This document shows positions 23,571-36,028 of a DNA stretch of 64,000 nt, piece after piece. The stretch comes from Mobula hypostoma (taxonomy: Eukaryota). Numbering within the stretch: position 1 is the first letter of the stretch; each line of letters begins with the position of its first letter. The stretch is from assembly GCF_963921235.1 (NCBI RefSeq), contig NC_086097.1, positions 198,898,001-198,962,000 of the forward strand, written 5' to 3'. The position numbers and the translations under genes are program-made. A model generated the notes under the pieces. It was not told the DNA's origin and did no database searches. It worked only from the letters and a program-made list of their open reading frames with translations.

Positions 23571-25789
23571 CTGGTGAACGCAGCAGGCCAGGCAGCATCT
23601 CTAGGAAGAGGTGCAGTCGACGTTTCAGGCCGAGACCCTTCGTCAGGACTAACTGAAGGAAGAGTGAGTAAGGGATTTGAAAGTTGGAGGGGGAGGGGGA
23701 GGGGGAAATCCAAAATGCTAGGAGAAGACAGGAGGGGGAGGGATGGAGCCAAGAGCTTGACAGGTGATAGGTAAAAGGGATACGAGAGGATCATGGGACA
23801 GGAGGTCCGGGAAGAAAGACAAGGTGGGGGGGAACCCAGAGGATGGGCAAAGGGTATACTCAGAGGGACAGAGGGAAAAAAAGGAGAGTGAGAGAAAGAA
23901 TGTGTGTATAAAAATAAGTAACAGATGGGGTATGGGGGGGGGTGGGGCATTAGTGGAAGTTAGAGAAGTCGATGTTCATGCCATCAGGTTGGAGGCTACC
24001 CGGACGGAATATAAGGTGTTGTTCCTCCAACCTGAGTGTGGCTTCATCTTTACAGTAGAGGAGGCCGTGGATAGACATGTCAGAATGGGAATGGGATGTG
24101 GCATTAAAATGTGTGGCCACTGGGAGATCCTGCTTTCTCTGGCGGACAGAGCATAGGTGTTCAACAAAGCAGTCTCCCAGTCTGCGTCGGGTCTCGCCAA
24201 TATATAAAAGGCCACATCGGGAGCACCGGACACAGTATATCACCCCAGCCGACTCACAGGTGAAGTGTTGCCTCACCTGGAAGGACTGTTTGGGGCCCTG
24301 AATGATGGTAAGGGAGGAAGTGTAAGGGCATGTGTAGCACTTGTTCCGCTTACACGGATAAGTGCCAGGAGGGAGATCAGTGGGGAGGGATGGGGGGGGA
24401 CGAATGGACAAGGGAGTTGCGTAGGGAGCGATCCCTGCGGAATGCAGGGGGGGGAGGGAAAGATGTGCTTAGTGGTGGGATCCCATTGGAGGTGGCAGAA
24501 GTTACGGAGAATAATATGTTGGACCCGGAGGCTGGTGGGGTGGTAGGTGAGGACCAGGGGAACCCTATTCCTAGTGGGGTGGCGGGAGGATGGAGTGAGA
24601 GCAGATGTACGTGAAATGGGGGAGATGCGTTTAAGAGCAGAGTTGATAGTGGAGGAAGGGAAGCCCCTTTCTTGAAAAAAGGAAGACATCTCCCTCGTCC
24701 TAGAATGAAAAGCCTCATCCTGAGGGCAGATGCGGCGGAGACGGAGGAATTGCGAGAAGGGGATGGGGTTTTTGCAAGAGACAGGGTGAGAAGAGGAATA
24801 GTCCAGATAGCTGTGAGAGTCAGCAGGCTTATAGTAGACATCAGTGGATAAGATAGCACATCTTTCCCTCCCCCCCTCTCTCTGCATTCCGCAGGGATCG
24901 CTCCCTACGCGACTCCCTTGTCCATTCGTCCCCCCCATCCCTCCCCACTGATCTCCCTCCTGGCACTTATCCGTGTAAGCGGAACAAGTGCTACACATGC
25001 CCTTACACTTCCTCCCTTACCACCATTCAGGGCCCCAAACAGTCCTTCCAGGTGAGGCAACACTTCACCTGTGAGTCGGCTGGGGTGATATACTTGTCCG
25101 GTGCTCCTGATGTGGCCTTCTATATATTGGCGAGACCCGATGCAGACTGGGAGACCGCTTTGCTGAACACCTACGCTCTGTCCGCCAGAGAAAGCAGGAT
25201 CTCCCAGTGGCCACACAATTTAATTCCACATCCCATTCCCATTCTGACATGTCTATCCACGGCCTCCTCTACTGTAAAGATGAAGCCACACTCAGTTTGG
25301 AGGAACAACACCTTATATTCCGTCTGGGTAGCCTCCAACCTGATGGCATGAACATCGACTTCTCTAACTTCCGCTAATGCCCCACCTCCCCCTCGTACCC
25401 CATCTGTTACTTATTTTTATACACACATTCACTCTCCTTTTTCTCCCTCTGTCCCTCTGAATATACCCCTTGCCCATCCTCTGGGTCCCCCCCCTTGTCT
25501 TTCTTCCCGGACCTCCTGTCCCATAATCCTCTCGTATCCCTTTTGCCTATCACCTGTCCAGCTCTTGGCTCTATCCCTCCCCCTCCTATCATTTTGGATC
25601 TCCCCCTCCCCCTCCAACTTTCAAATCCCTTACTCACTCTTCCTTCAGTTAGTCCTGACGAAGGGTCTCGGCCTGAAACGTCGACTGTACCTCTTCCTAG
25701 AGATGCCGCCTGGCCTGCTGCGTTCACCAGCAACTTTTATGTGTGTTGCTTGAATTTCCAGCATCTGCAGAATTCCTGTTGTTTGCAAG
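23571..25789. mobile_element. Penelope-like element (Neptune-type GIY-YIG) in inverted fold-back arrangement
   Basis: The minus arm encodes the RT thumb (STDVYYKPADSHSYLDY), a Cys-rich linker (CKRNKCYTC) and a GIY-YIG endonuclease (VIYCVRCSRCGLLYIGET…GMN). 24856-25735 is an inverted copy of about 23571-24469. TSD TGCAAATGTTG at 23560-23570 and 25790-25800. Confidence 0.9.
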
Positions 25790-26569
25790 TGCAAATGTTG
25801 ATAGGTTAACTGGTCACTGTAAATTGCTCCCAGTTTTTTGGTGAGTGCTGCACTTAGGTCACCAATTTTTCACCACAAACTTAAAGCATGCAATCTGATC
25901 AATCTCATTCTCAGGGAAGTAAATGAGGCAGTGATTGGTAGGATCAGATGCAACAGATTGCTATTCAGAATGAATCTTTCCATATTGCATTTTGAACCCA
26001 AAACAGGCAAATGATGTTGAACTTCTTTGCTTTTTTAATTGTTTCTTTGGGGGGCTCTGGTCATTGTCTCATTATTACGTTGGGTAAAGATATCCAGGAC
26101 CCACCAACAGCATTATACTTCCACGAGTTTGGTCTGTGACTTAGACGGAAACTTGCCGTGGTGGTGTTCCTATGTTCCTGTCCATATGAATCTAATGCAG
26201 AATTATTGATGTGGAGGCACATATTTCATCAGATCACAGTGATGCAATGTTCACTTTCATAAATGTGTATACAAGAACCCATATTTACACCAGTCCATGC
26301 TGGAGTCCAATTGTGAATAAAGGTAGCTATATCTGAATTATGCTAAAGTATATTCTTTGAATAATATTTCAAAACAAATGATTTGGTTAACTGACAATTG
26401 CCAGCTGTGTTTTCCATTACTACAATGACAACACCTCGGAAGTATTTAGTAGGGTGTGAAGTGTCTTGGGTCTTCCTGACAGGGATGTGAATGATGAAAC
26501 ATAGTTATGTCTTTGCTTAATTATTTTTCCATTGGTTCTTTATTATGCACAGTTGTAAAGTACCATTAA

Positions 26570-27600
26570 TACATAAGAACAGAATTAGACCATTCAGCCT
26601 ATTGAATCTGCTCCACCACTTGATAATAGCTGATTTATTTTCCATGTCGATCCCATTCTCCTGCCTTCTCCCTGTAACCTTTGATAGCCTTACTAATCAA
26701 GAACCTATCAACCTCCACTTTAAATGTACCCAATCATTTAACCTCTACAACCATCTGTTGTAATGAATTCCACAGATTTTCTATCCTCTGGCTAAAGAAA
26801 TCCATCTTCATCTCTGTTCTAAAGAGAAATCCTTGTATTCTGAGGCTGTGTTTCTTGGTTCTAAATTCCATCACCATTATCAACATGCTCTCCACATCCA
26901 CTCTGTCTCGGCCTTTCAATACTCTATGGGTTTCAATGAGACCATTGAAATGATCTTGACCATCATCTGTTCTGACCATCCCACAGACATTCTACAAATT
27001 CTGTCTCTAGTGATCCAGGACCAACTTAATTTTCGCAATCTACCTGCATGTTGAAATCCCCATGATTATTATAACATTGTCCTTTTTACATGCCTTTTCT
27101 ATCTCCTGTTATAACTTGTACCTCACAACTTTGCTCACTGTTCACAGGAATTCTATGCTTTCTGATCCTATGTCAGTTCTTTCTAAGAATCTGATATCAT
27201 CTTTTACCAACAAAGCCACCACAACCGCCCCCCCCCCGCCCACCTGGCTGATATGATATGTATCCTTAGATTTTAAGCTCCGAGCTGTGAGCTTATTTCA
27301 ACTACGAGTCTGGTGCACACAAAGTCATATCTGTAAATTTCTAAGTACACTACAATATCATCTACCTTATTTGGTATACTCCGTGCAGTCATATAAATAC
27401 AATACTAAGTCCTGTATTCATCACCCTTCTTTTCAATTTTGTCTCAATCTTGCCTGAAGTTATACTTTATTTTGGCGATTTCAATAGCCTCTGCTGCCTT
27501 AACCTGCTCTTTTACCTTATTCATATCTTTCCAAGCTGTTTGTTCGATCTCCCTGTTAATTAGTTTAAAGTCCTGTCCACAGACCTAGTTACGTGATACA
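26570..27600 (-). mobile_element. Decayed CR1 fragments
   Basis: ORF LIETHRVLKGRDRVDVE…FFSQRIENLWNSL and CR1 3' UTR; degenerate APE pieces follow. Confidence 0.7.
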
Positions 27601-29287
27601 AAGGCAGACTGTAGCTGTAGTATATACCTGATAACTTCCAGCCCTCTTTAGGAGAAGTTATTATCAAAGCTTCTGCCTCAACTAATGTAATTGGGCTTTA
27701 GTTGCTCTGCGATTGTTGAATTATTATAAATTTCTGTCCAATTTGGCAATGACTCTAGTTCTAATACATCAATTGATGTGAAAGGTGTGTAGAAGTAACT
27801 GAAGCTCAAGAAAAAATTGTTGTTCATTCTAAGAATTTGCAACTGATGGTATTGGGTTGACCGTGAAGGTTCTAAACTCAAACAAAGATTAGGATATACA
27901 GTAAATAGCCACGAATACTCTCACTAAAGGAGATTATACTGTAACTACCAAATTCTCAAAGACTAGTTCACTTCCTTGTTTATTCTCCGCAGTGAGTTTA
28001 GCTACCGATACTCACTATTTGAGCAGAGGATCTCCTCCCGACCAAGGAGAAGATATTTCCAGCTAACGTAGTTTAAAATACAGTTCATTTATTTACAGTG
28101 ATACAGGTTTAAATCCATACATTCTCAAAACACATTTAAAACTCACAGAGGGTTTCTATCTTAAATGTTTATTTCCCAATTAGAAACCGTTTCTAAAACA
28201 CAAAGCCTTTCTTAAACTCAAAAGATACCCAAAACACAGGTACAATTCCTATAAATTAAAAAGACATACATGATGTGGACAAGCAAGTTGTCCATTGCGG
28301 AAACTGAAGTTAGAGGAATGGATTCTATTCTCCCCCTCTTCCTATCATTCTTCTTGATATTCTTCAACCACTCCTAGTAAGCCTGAGATGCTTTCTACAT
28401 TTATACCCTTTTTCTACCTCTTCACATACATATAATATTTCCGTAGATGTCCTTTCGACACGAATGGTCTGAAAACATTTTGGAGACATAGTTCTTCAGC
28501 TATCTACCATAATGTAAAGCTATGAAGCTAACTCCCTTCAGTACATAGAATCTTCCAACTGTAAACACATCATAGTTATTGATATGCTAAATAATATATC
28601 CATCTGTTCTGCAAACTTCTTTGAACCAAGTAACTTAAGAGTCAGCTTGTCTATTTGAAAAATACAAATTAAACAACCTCTTATCTTATACTGCATCTTG
28701 AGCAGTAATAAAGCTGGTGTAGTGAGCTGAACTTTACTACTCCCAGACAGAATGTCTGCTATTCACAAAGCTTGTGTGCAAAGCTGGTCTGTAGACATTA
28801 CCTGTTTTAACCTCAAGGTGATTAGTGCATGCTATTTACATTTCAGGAACTGAAGACTGACTTCCGTTTATGACCAAAAGTTAGTTGGAAGTTTACTTAC
28901 ATTTGTTTGTTATGTTACAAGTGGATGATGCTGTGTTTAGAAAGATTAGTAAACACCAAGAAAGAGAATGAGGCCTACTGGTCAAGAAGTGACCACACAA
29001 CAGTCTGCTCATGTGCTCACTCAGTACTCAATAGATAAGAGTTAATCTTACCTTGTGACTCTTCACTGTAGCTGATCACTGTTCTCCTCCAGGCCATCTG
29101 GGGCTAATTCTGAGGCACTGTTTGATTTTTGGCAGACATCATTTTGGTGGATCCCTTTTAGATTAATGTTTGCAGACTAATGCACTCAGCAGGCTTGAGG
29201 AAAATAAATTAGCTTTCTAAAGGATAAAACTCAAACTCCACCTTTTTTTGTACATTAGAATATAATAGTTATAAGTATAATAATAAC

Positions 29288-29966
29288 ATGGTGGAGGATT
29301 ACAAATACCTGGGGATACGAATTGACAGTAAACTGGACTGGTCAAAGAACACTGAGGCTGTCTACAAGAAGGGTCAGAGCCGTCTCTATTTCCTGAGGAG
29401 ACTGAGGCCCTTTAACATCTGTTGGACGATGCTGAGGATATCCTACGAATCTGTGGTGGCCAGTGGAATAATGTTTGCTGTTGTGTGCTGGAGCAGCAGG
29501 CTGAGGGTAGCAGACACCAACAGAATCAACAAATTCATTCGTAAGGCCAGTGATGTTGTGGAGATGGACCTGGACTCTCTGACGGTGGTGTCTGAAAAGA
29601 GGATGCTGTTCAAGTTGCACGCCATCTTGGTCAATGTCTCCCATGCACTACATAATGTACTGATTGGGCACAGGAGTACATTCAGCCAGAGACTCATTCC
29701 ACCGAGGTGCAACACAGAGCGTCATAGGAAGTCATTCCTGTCTGTGGCCATCAAACGTTACAACTCCTCCCTTGGAGGGTCAGACACCCTGAGCCAATAG
29801 GCTGGTCCTGGACTTATTTCCTGGCATAATTTACATATTACTATTTAATTATTTATGGTTTTATTACTATTTAATTATTTATGGTTTTATTACTATTTAA
29901 TTATTTATGGTGCAACTGTAACGAAAACTAATTTCCCTCGGGATCAATGAAGTATGACTATGACTA
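29288..29966 (+). mobile_element. Rex1/Babar-type LINE 3' end (second family)
   Basis: ORF YKYLGIRIDSKLDWS…KKGQSRLYFLRRLR…RHRKSF; AT-rich tandem repeat in the 3' UTR and a (TATGAC)n tail. Confidence 0.85.
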
Positions 29967-30173
29967 ATTGAATTAAACCAATTTACAGTATATGTGTAAT
30001 ATACAAGTATGTACTTTGCCACAATGTTTTCCCCTGAATCTTCATGGTTTATTTGCAATTTCTTTTACTGTCACTGTATGAAAGGAAATGTTTGGGTGAT
30101 TGCCGGCTAACTGATATTCTGTTTCCTTCTTTTTTTAGTGTATTAGGTATGCAACTGAACTGGCCATATACAG

Positions 30174-31366
30174 CAGTGGTCCCCAACCACCGGGCCGCGG
30201 ACCGGTACTGGGCCGCAGAGCATGCACTACCGGGCTGCGAGGAAACAATATGATTTGGCGATATGAGTCAGCTGTACCTTTCCTCATTCCCTGTCACGCA
30301 CTGTTGAGCCATTACCCACGCGTCATCCATTTCAGCGCGGGAAGGAGATCAACTCCTCGAGCTTGCAAATGACGGCGGGCTGAAAAGTCTGTTTGACACA
30401 ACATCTCTGCCGGCATTCCGGATCAAAGTCAAGGCTCAATATCCTGAGATAGCCACGGAAGCACCGAAAACATTGCTTCCATTTCCAACATATCTCTGCG
30501 ATGAATGCAACAAAAACTAAATTGCGGATTAGACTGGACATAAGGAACCCCGTTCGAGTATCGCTGTCCCTCATCACCCCTCAATAGGACCGTCTTGTTG
30601 CAGGAAAGCAAGCCCAGGGCTCCCACTGATTCAGCGATATTGGTGCTTTGCAATGATTTTATAAGTTCATACGGGGAAAATATGCGCTGTGTTTAATATC
30701 CAAACGTTACTTAAAATGTTATGATGCTATTGACTTATATAACCATATAATAGTTACAACACGGAAACAGTCGATCTCTGCCCTTCTAGTCTGTGCCGAA
30801 CGCTACTCTCACCTCGTCCCACCGACCTGCACTCAGCCCATAACCCTCCATTCCTTTCTTGTCCATATACCTATTCAATTTTTCTTTAAATGATAATATC
30901 GAACCTGCCTCCACCACTTCTACTGGAAGTTCGTTCAACACTTACTTCAAGCTCCCCTGTCCTCCCCTGATAATTGACTTATCGCTATATTCATGCGAGG
31001 AAAATGCGCTGTGTGTTTAATATTAAATTCGTTAGATAAGGCCTTTTAGAAACGAAATTGAGTGTATTAGCCACTTATCACCGATATTCCGGTCGTGATT
31101 AACACCCCACTCCGAACAGAATTGCCAAAAACGATCTGTAGAAAAATAATCGGCACGTGCGCGCATGCGCACTGGTTCCCGCGCAAGGCTTCATGGTCAT
31201 TGTAGTCTTTCTTGGGTAAACGCAATGTATTTGACGGCTACTCTTGTCCGTTGGCAACCATCCCGCCCCGCGCCCCCCGCCCCCCCCCCCCGCCCGGTCG
31301 GCCGGTCCGCAAGAATATTGTCAACATAAAACCGGTCCGCACTGCAAAAAAGGTTGGGGACCCCTG
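30174..31366 (+). mobile_element. Non-autonomous hAT (Charlie3/MER1-like) transposon, copy 2
   Basis: TIRs CAGTGGTCCCCAACC and GGTTGGGGACCCCTG. 8-bp TSD ATATACAG at 30166-30173 and 31367-31374. Colinear with 11991-13236. Confidence 0.92.
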
Positions 31367-31934
31367 ATATACAGTACTGCAAGTTTCGTGTCTTTGTTTG
31401 CAACTCTTCTCATTTATATACACCCATTCACAATATTCCTCTGAATTAACCAGTTTTAAGATACAAAGTTGGTGAAATCTAGCAAAATGAATAACCATCC
31501 CACAGACCAGCCCATTCCTGTTCTGTTATAATCCTTTTATCTCTGGCCAATTTCTGTTTATGGTTGATAACAATTTCACTGTTTACAGATTAACTGTACA
31601 GAAATTCAAACACAACAGCTTGTAATCACATTTCTGCTTCTGGAACTTGCAGTGTGCAATCTGGTTGCCATTTTTCCTTCATTGCAACAAGGACTAAATT
31701 TCAAAATATACTTCATCAGCTATAAAGCACACAAAGATGTCTGAGTTCATGAAAGTAATCATATAATTTTATATTTTCTCTATTACACCATGTGGTATAG
31801 CTGTGCAGCTAAAACCTTTTTCTAAAGACAGTGCTGTTTCTGTAGAAACCAGACTTAACATTGAACAAAGCAACTTCATATCTATTTATAGATGTCTAGG
31901 TGCCTGGACGGGAATTTAATTTGTAATTTTTTTT

Positions 31935-34130
31935 AGAAACATAGAAACATAGAAAACCGACAGTACAATACAGGCCCTTTGGCCCACAATGCTGTGCCGA
32001 ACATGTACTTACTTAAGAAATTACCTAGGGTTACCCATAGTCCTCTATTTTTCTAAGCTCCATGTACCTATCCAGGAGTCTATTGTACCCACCTCCACGA
32101 CCATTGCCGGCAGCCCGTTCCACGCACTCACTACTCTCTGAGTAAAAAAACTTCCCCCTGACATCTCCTCTGTACCTACTTCCAAGCACCTTAAAACTAT
32201 GCCCTCTCGTGCTAGCCATTACAGCCCCGGGAAAAAGCTTCTGACTATCCACACAATCAATGCCTCTCATTATCTTGCATACCTCTATCAGGTCACCTCT
32301 CATTCTCTGTCACTCCAAGGAGAACAGGCCAAGTTCACTCAACTTACTCTCATAAGGCATACTCCCCGATCCAGGCAACATCCTTGTAAATCTCCTTTGC
32401 ACCCTTTCTATAGTCTCCACATCCTTCCTGTAGTGAGGTGACTAGACCTGAGCACAATACTCCAAGTGGGGTCTGACCAGGGTCCTATAAAGCTGTAACG
32501 TGACCACTCGGCTCTTAAACTCAATCCCACGGTTGATGAAGGCCAATGCACCATATTCCTTCTTAACCACAGAGTCAACCTGTGCAGCAGCTTTGAGTGA
32601 CCATGGACTCGGACCCCAAGATCCCTCCGATCCTCCACACTGCCAAGAGTCTTACCATTAATACTATATTCTGCCATCATATTTGACCTACCAAAATGAA
32701 CCACCTCACACTTAACTGGGTTGAACTCCATCTGTCACTTCTCAGCCCAGGTTTGCATCCAATCGATGTCCCGCTGTAACCTCCACACTATCCACAACAC
32801 CCCCAATATTTGTGTCATCCGCATATTTACTAACACATTCCTCCACTTCCTCATCTAGGTCATTTATAAAAGTCACAAAGAGAAGGTGTCCCAGAACAGA
32901 TCCCTGAGGCACGCCACAGGTCACCGACCTCCATGCAGAATATGACCTGTCTACAACCACTCCTTGCCTTCCGGGGGCAAGCCAATTCTGGATCCACAAA
33001 GCAAGGTCCCCTTGGATCCTATGCCTCCTTTCTTTCTCAATAAGCCTTGCATGGGGCACATTATATATGTAGTATATATGGCTTGCTGAAATCCATATAT
33101 ACTACATCTACCGCTCTACCTTCATCAATGTGTTTAGTCACAACCTCAAAAAATTCAGTCAGGCTCCTAAGGCCATGCTGACTATTGCTAATCATATTAT
33201 GTCTCTCCAATTGTTCATAAATCTTGCCTCTAAAGATCTTTTCCATCAACTTACCAACCACTGAAGTAAGTCTCACTGGCCTATAAATTCCAAGGCTATC
33301 TCTACTCCCTTTCTTGAATAAAGGAACAACATCTGCAACCCTCTAATCCTCTGGAACCTCTCCCTTCCCCATTAATGATGCAAGGATCACTGCCAGAGGC
33401 TCAGCAATCTTCTCTCTTGCCTCCCACAGCAGCCCGAGGTACTGTACATCTCATCCAGTCCCAGAGATTTATCCAACTTGATGCTTTCCAAAAGCTCCAG
33501 CACATTCTCTTTCTTAATATCTATATACTCAAGCTTTTCAATCCACTGTAAGTCATCCCTACAATCACCAAGATCCTTTTCCACAGTGAATCCTGAAGCA
33601 AAGTATTCATTAAGTACCTCTGCTAACACTTCTGGTTCCATACACACTTTTCCACTTTCACACTTGATTGGTCCTATTCTCTCATGTCTTATATTCTTGA
33701 TCTTTGCATACTTGTAGAATGCCTTGGGGTTTTCTTTAATCTTGCTCGCCAAGGCCTTCTCACGTCTCCTTCTAGCTCTCCTAATTTCATTCTTAAACTC
33801 CTTCCTGCTAGCCTTATAATTTTCTAGATTTCTATCATGACCTAGTTTTTGAACCTTTTGTAAGATTTCTTTTCCTCTTGACTAGATTTATTACAGCTTT
33901 TGTGCACCACGGTTCCTATACCCTATCATCCTTTCCCTGTCTCATTGGAACATACCTGTGTAGAACACCATGCAAGTTTCCCCTGAAGATTTCCCTGAAG
34001 ACATCTGTTCGCAATTTATGCTTCCAAGTTCCTGCCTGATAGCTTCATATTTCCCCTTACTCCAATTAAACACTTTCCTAACTTGTCTGTTCCTATCCCT
34101 CTCCAGTGCCGTGGTGAAGGAGATAGAGTT
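31935..34130 (-). mobile_element. CR1 LINE, 5'-truncated
   Basis: RT ORF fragments 32031-33752; TTTCTATG tail at about 31935. Confidence 0.9.
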
Positions 34131-35439
34131 GAATTTTGGTTAGGCTTTATTCTCCGGCACCTTTCTGCAGTCTAAATCACCATCATATGTTGTGATCACA
34201 GAAATTCACCTCTTGCATGATTTTTAACCCTATTAGCTTTAACAATGCCAGCTTTAAACACTATCCTCACTTACCCTAAATCCATGCTATTTCATGAGCC
34301 TAATCTGCGACCTTCTGTGATTTCGAACACAGATTTACACATGTACCTGGTCAGTTTGTTTGTGGAAGAAAAGGTCATAGGCACTCTAAACTACCGAACA
34401 TGAGGTTGATGCTGGAGATATCTGCTAGCCTCTTGAGTTTGCTGCTCACTGCTGCATTACAGAGATCACTCAAGTACGTAACTCAAAGACAGAATATTTC
34501 ATCCACTTTTCCTTTTTACCCACTGGAGGTGACAGTGTCGATATAAGAATTTATTTGGATTGCAGGTTTCCCAAAGGTGCAGGCATTCTTAGGTTGTATT
34601 CATTTGGTATTACTCCTCCCTGACAGTATTCTGCTTGGAGTTCCATGGCGACCTTGCACAAAGAGCATGGCTACTGCTGACACTGTCTTTCACCGGCCCT
34701 CAATTCACATCCATTTCCAGCCTTTCATCATTGCAGAATCTATTAATTAAGTAGCTACACTGTCCCGTGGCTGGAAGAGTGCTTTTATATTGTGGGACTG
34801 AAGTAATCACAAATTTTGGACAATTGCCCACAGCTGTAGATAAGCCTATTGTACCTTTTGTGTTTTTGGAAACACCTATCCAATTAGTCCCACTTCTCTT
34901 GTTTCCAATAGCTTTGCAAATGGTTAGATTTATATAGAATCTTCACACCTATTTCAGGTACTAAATCAATTTTTACATACTGAGATAAATGACAACCAAA
35001 TAATCTTCTTTTCCAATATTGATTAGAAGATTGTTTTTGACCAGAAAACCAGCGGTAAACTAGTTCTGCCAAATGATGCCTTAATTCTTTGGATCTATCA
35101 GATTGAATAAATGGTGTCTTTGTTTAATGGTACCTCTGAAGTTTATAACAATGCACTTTTGAAAGTGACTATTGATTTAGATTTTTCCATTCTTTCAAAA
35201 AGCAACCCTTTTTATTATAACAATACTTTGTAAAATTTCATTTCATAAACTATATTACTGTTATTAATTTATAGTAAACTCATGAAAAGTTTTGAATTTT
35301 TCTAATTACATGAATGAAATATATTAACTCATCTGTGGTAGTCATGTAGATTGGTATTTTTGACTATTGAAATTAGTTTTTCAGTGATATTAAGGCACAC
35401 TGTAAAACACCAGACCAGTTTTAGAAAAGTAAACCTTTT

Positions 35440-35505
35440 TATTATATATTTATATGTGTGTATATATATATTTATTTATATATGTATATATATATGTATA
35501 TATAA
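35440..35505. repeat. (TA)n-rich microsatellite in the ADCY8 3' UTR
   Basis: Imperfect TATA/TATG run shortly downstream of the ADCY8 stop codon. Confidence 0.8.
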
Positions 35506-35540
35506 AAGAAATACAAAATTACAACACAATGAAAATTTTG

Positions 35541-36028
35541 TCATGGCATTTCAGTTTTTTCTGAGCCTTCGACCTGTGGCACTGTCTCAGGTATACTGGG
35601 AGTAAGTAATGTCCTTCTATTGTAGTGTCCCTTAATTATGCCAGAGTTGTTATTTTCATTCAGCATTTGTTTTTGTTTTTGTCTATTTAATGACTGTACA
35701 AGTCCAAGGACAACAACAGCTAATGAGTATTGACTGGTTAGTTTCCTTGGTTGCATGATAAGTGGATTCGGCTGCACTCTTCCCAGAAGAAAATATGTTT
35801 TAATCTTCCCTTCTTGTTCACTTATCCCTTTGACATATATTTCACCTCTGTACTCAAAGGCAAATCCTTTGTCTTTCAGGATAAGATATGTATCTTCAGG
35901 CACTTGAATTTTGCCACTAATGCCTGTGCTGTCCATGCGGCTTGCCAAATTTACAGTTTTACCCCAGATATCATATTGTGGTTTCTTGGCGCCAATAACC
36001 CCTGCAACGACTGAGCCATGGCTAATAC
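35541..36028 (-). CDS. ADCY8: Adenylate cyclase type 8, terminal coding exon
   Basis: AG acceptor at 36030-36029. Reads (G)[35 protein letters not shown]…[17 protein letters not shown]…TEMP*, including the AC8-specific C-terminal tail; TGA at 35543-35541. Confidence 0.97.

Noticed and set aside
29052..29150. Possible minus-strand exon with a strong AAG|GTAAGA donor
   Set aside because: Only a short peptide (MAWRRTVISYSEESQ) with no recognisable homology or partner exon; cannot be supported without RNA data.
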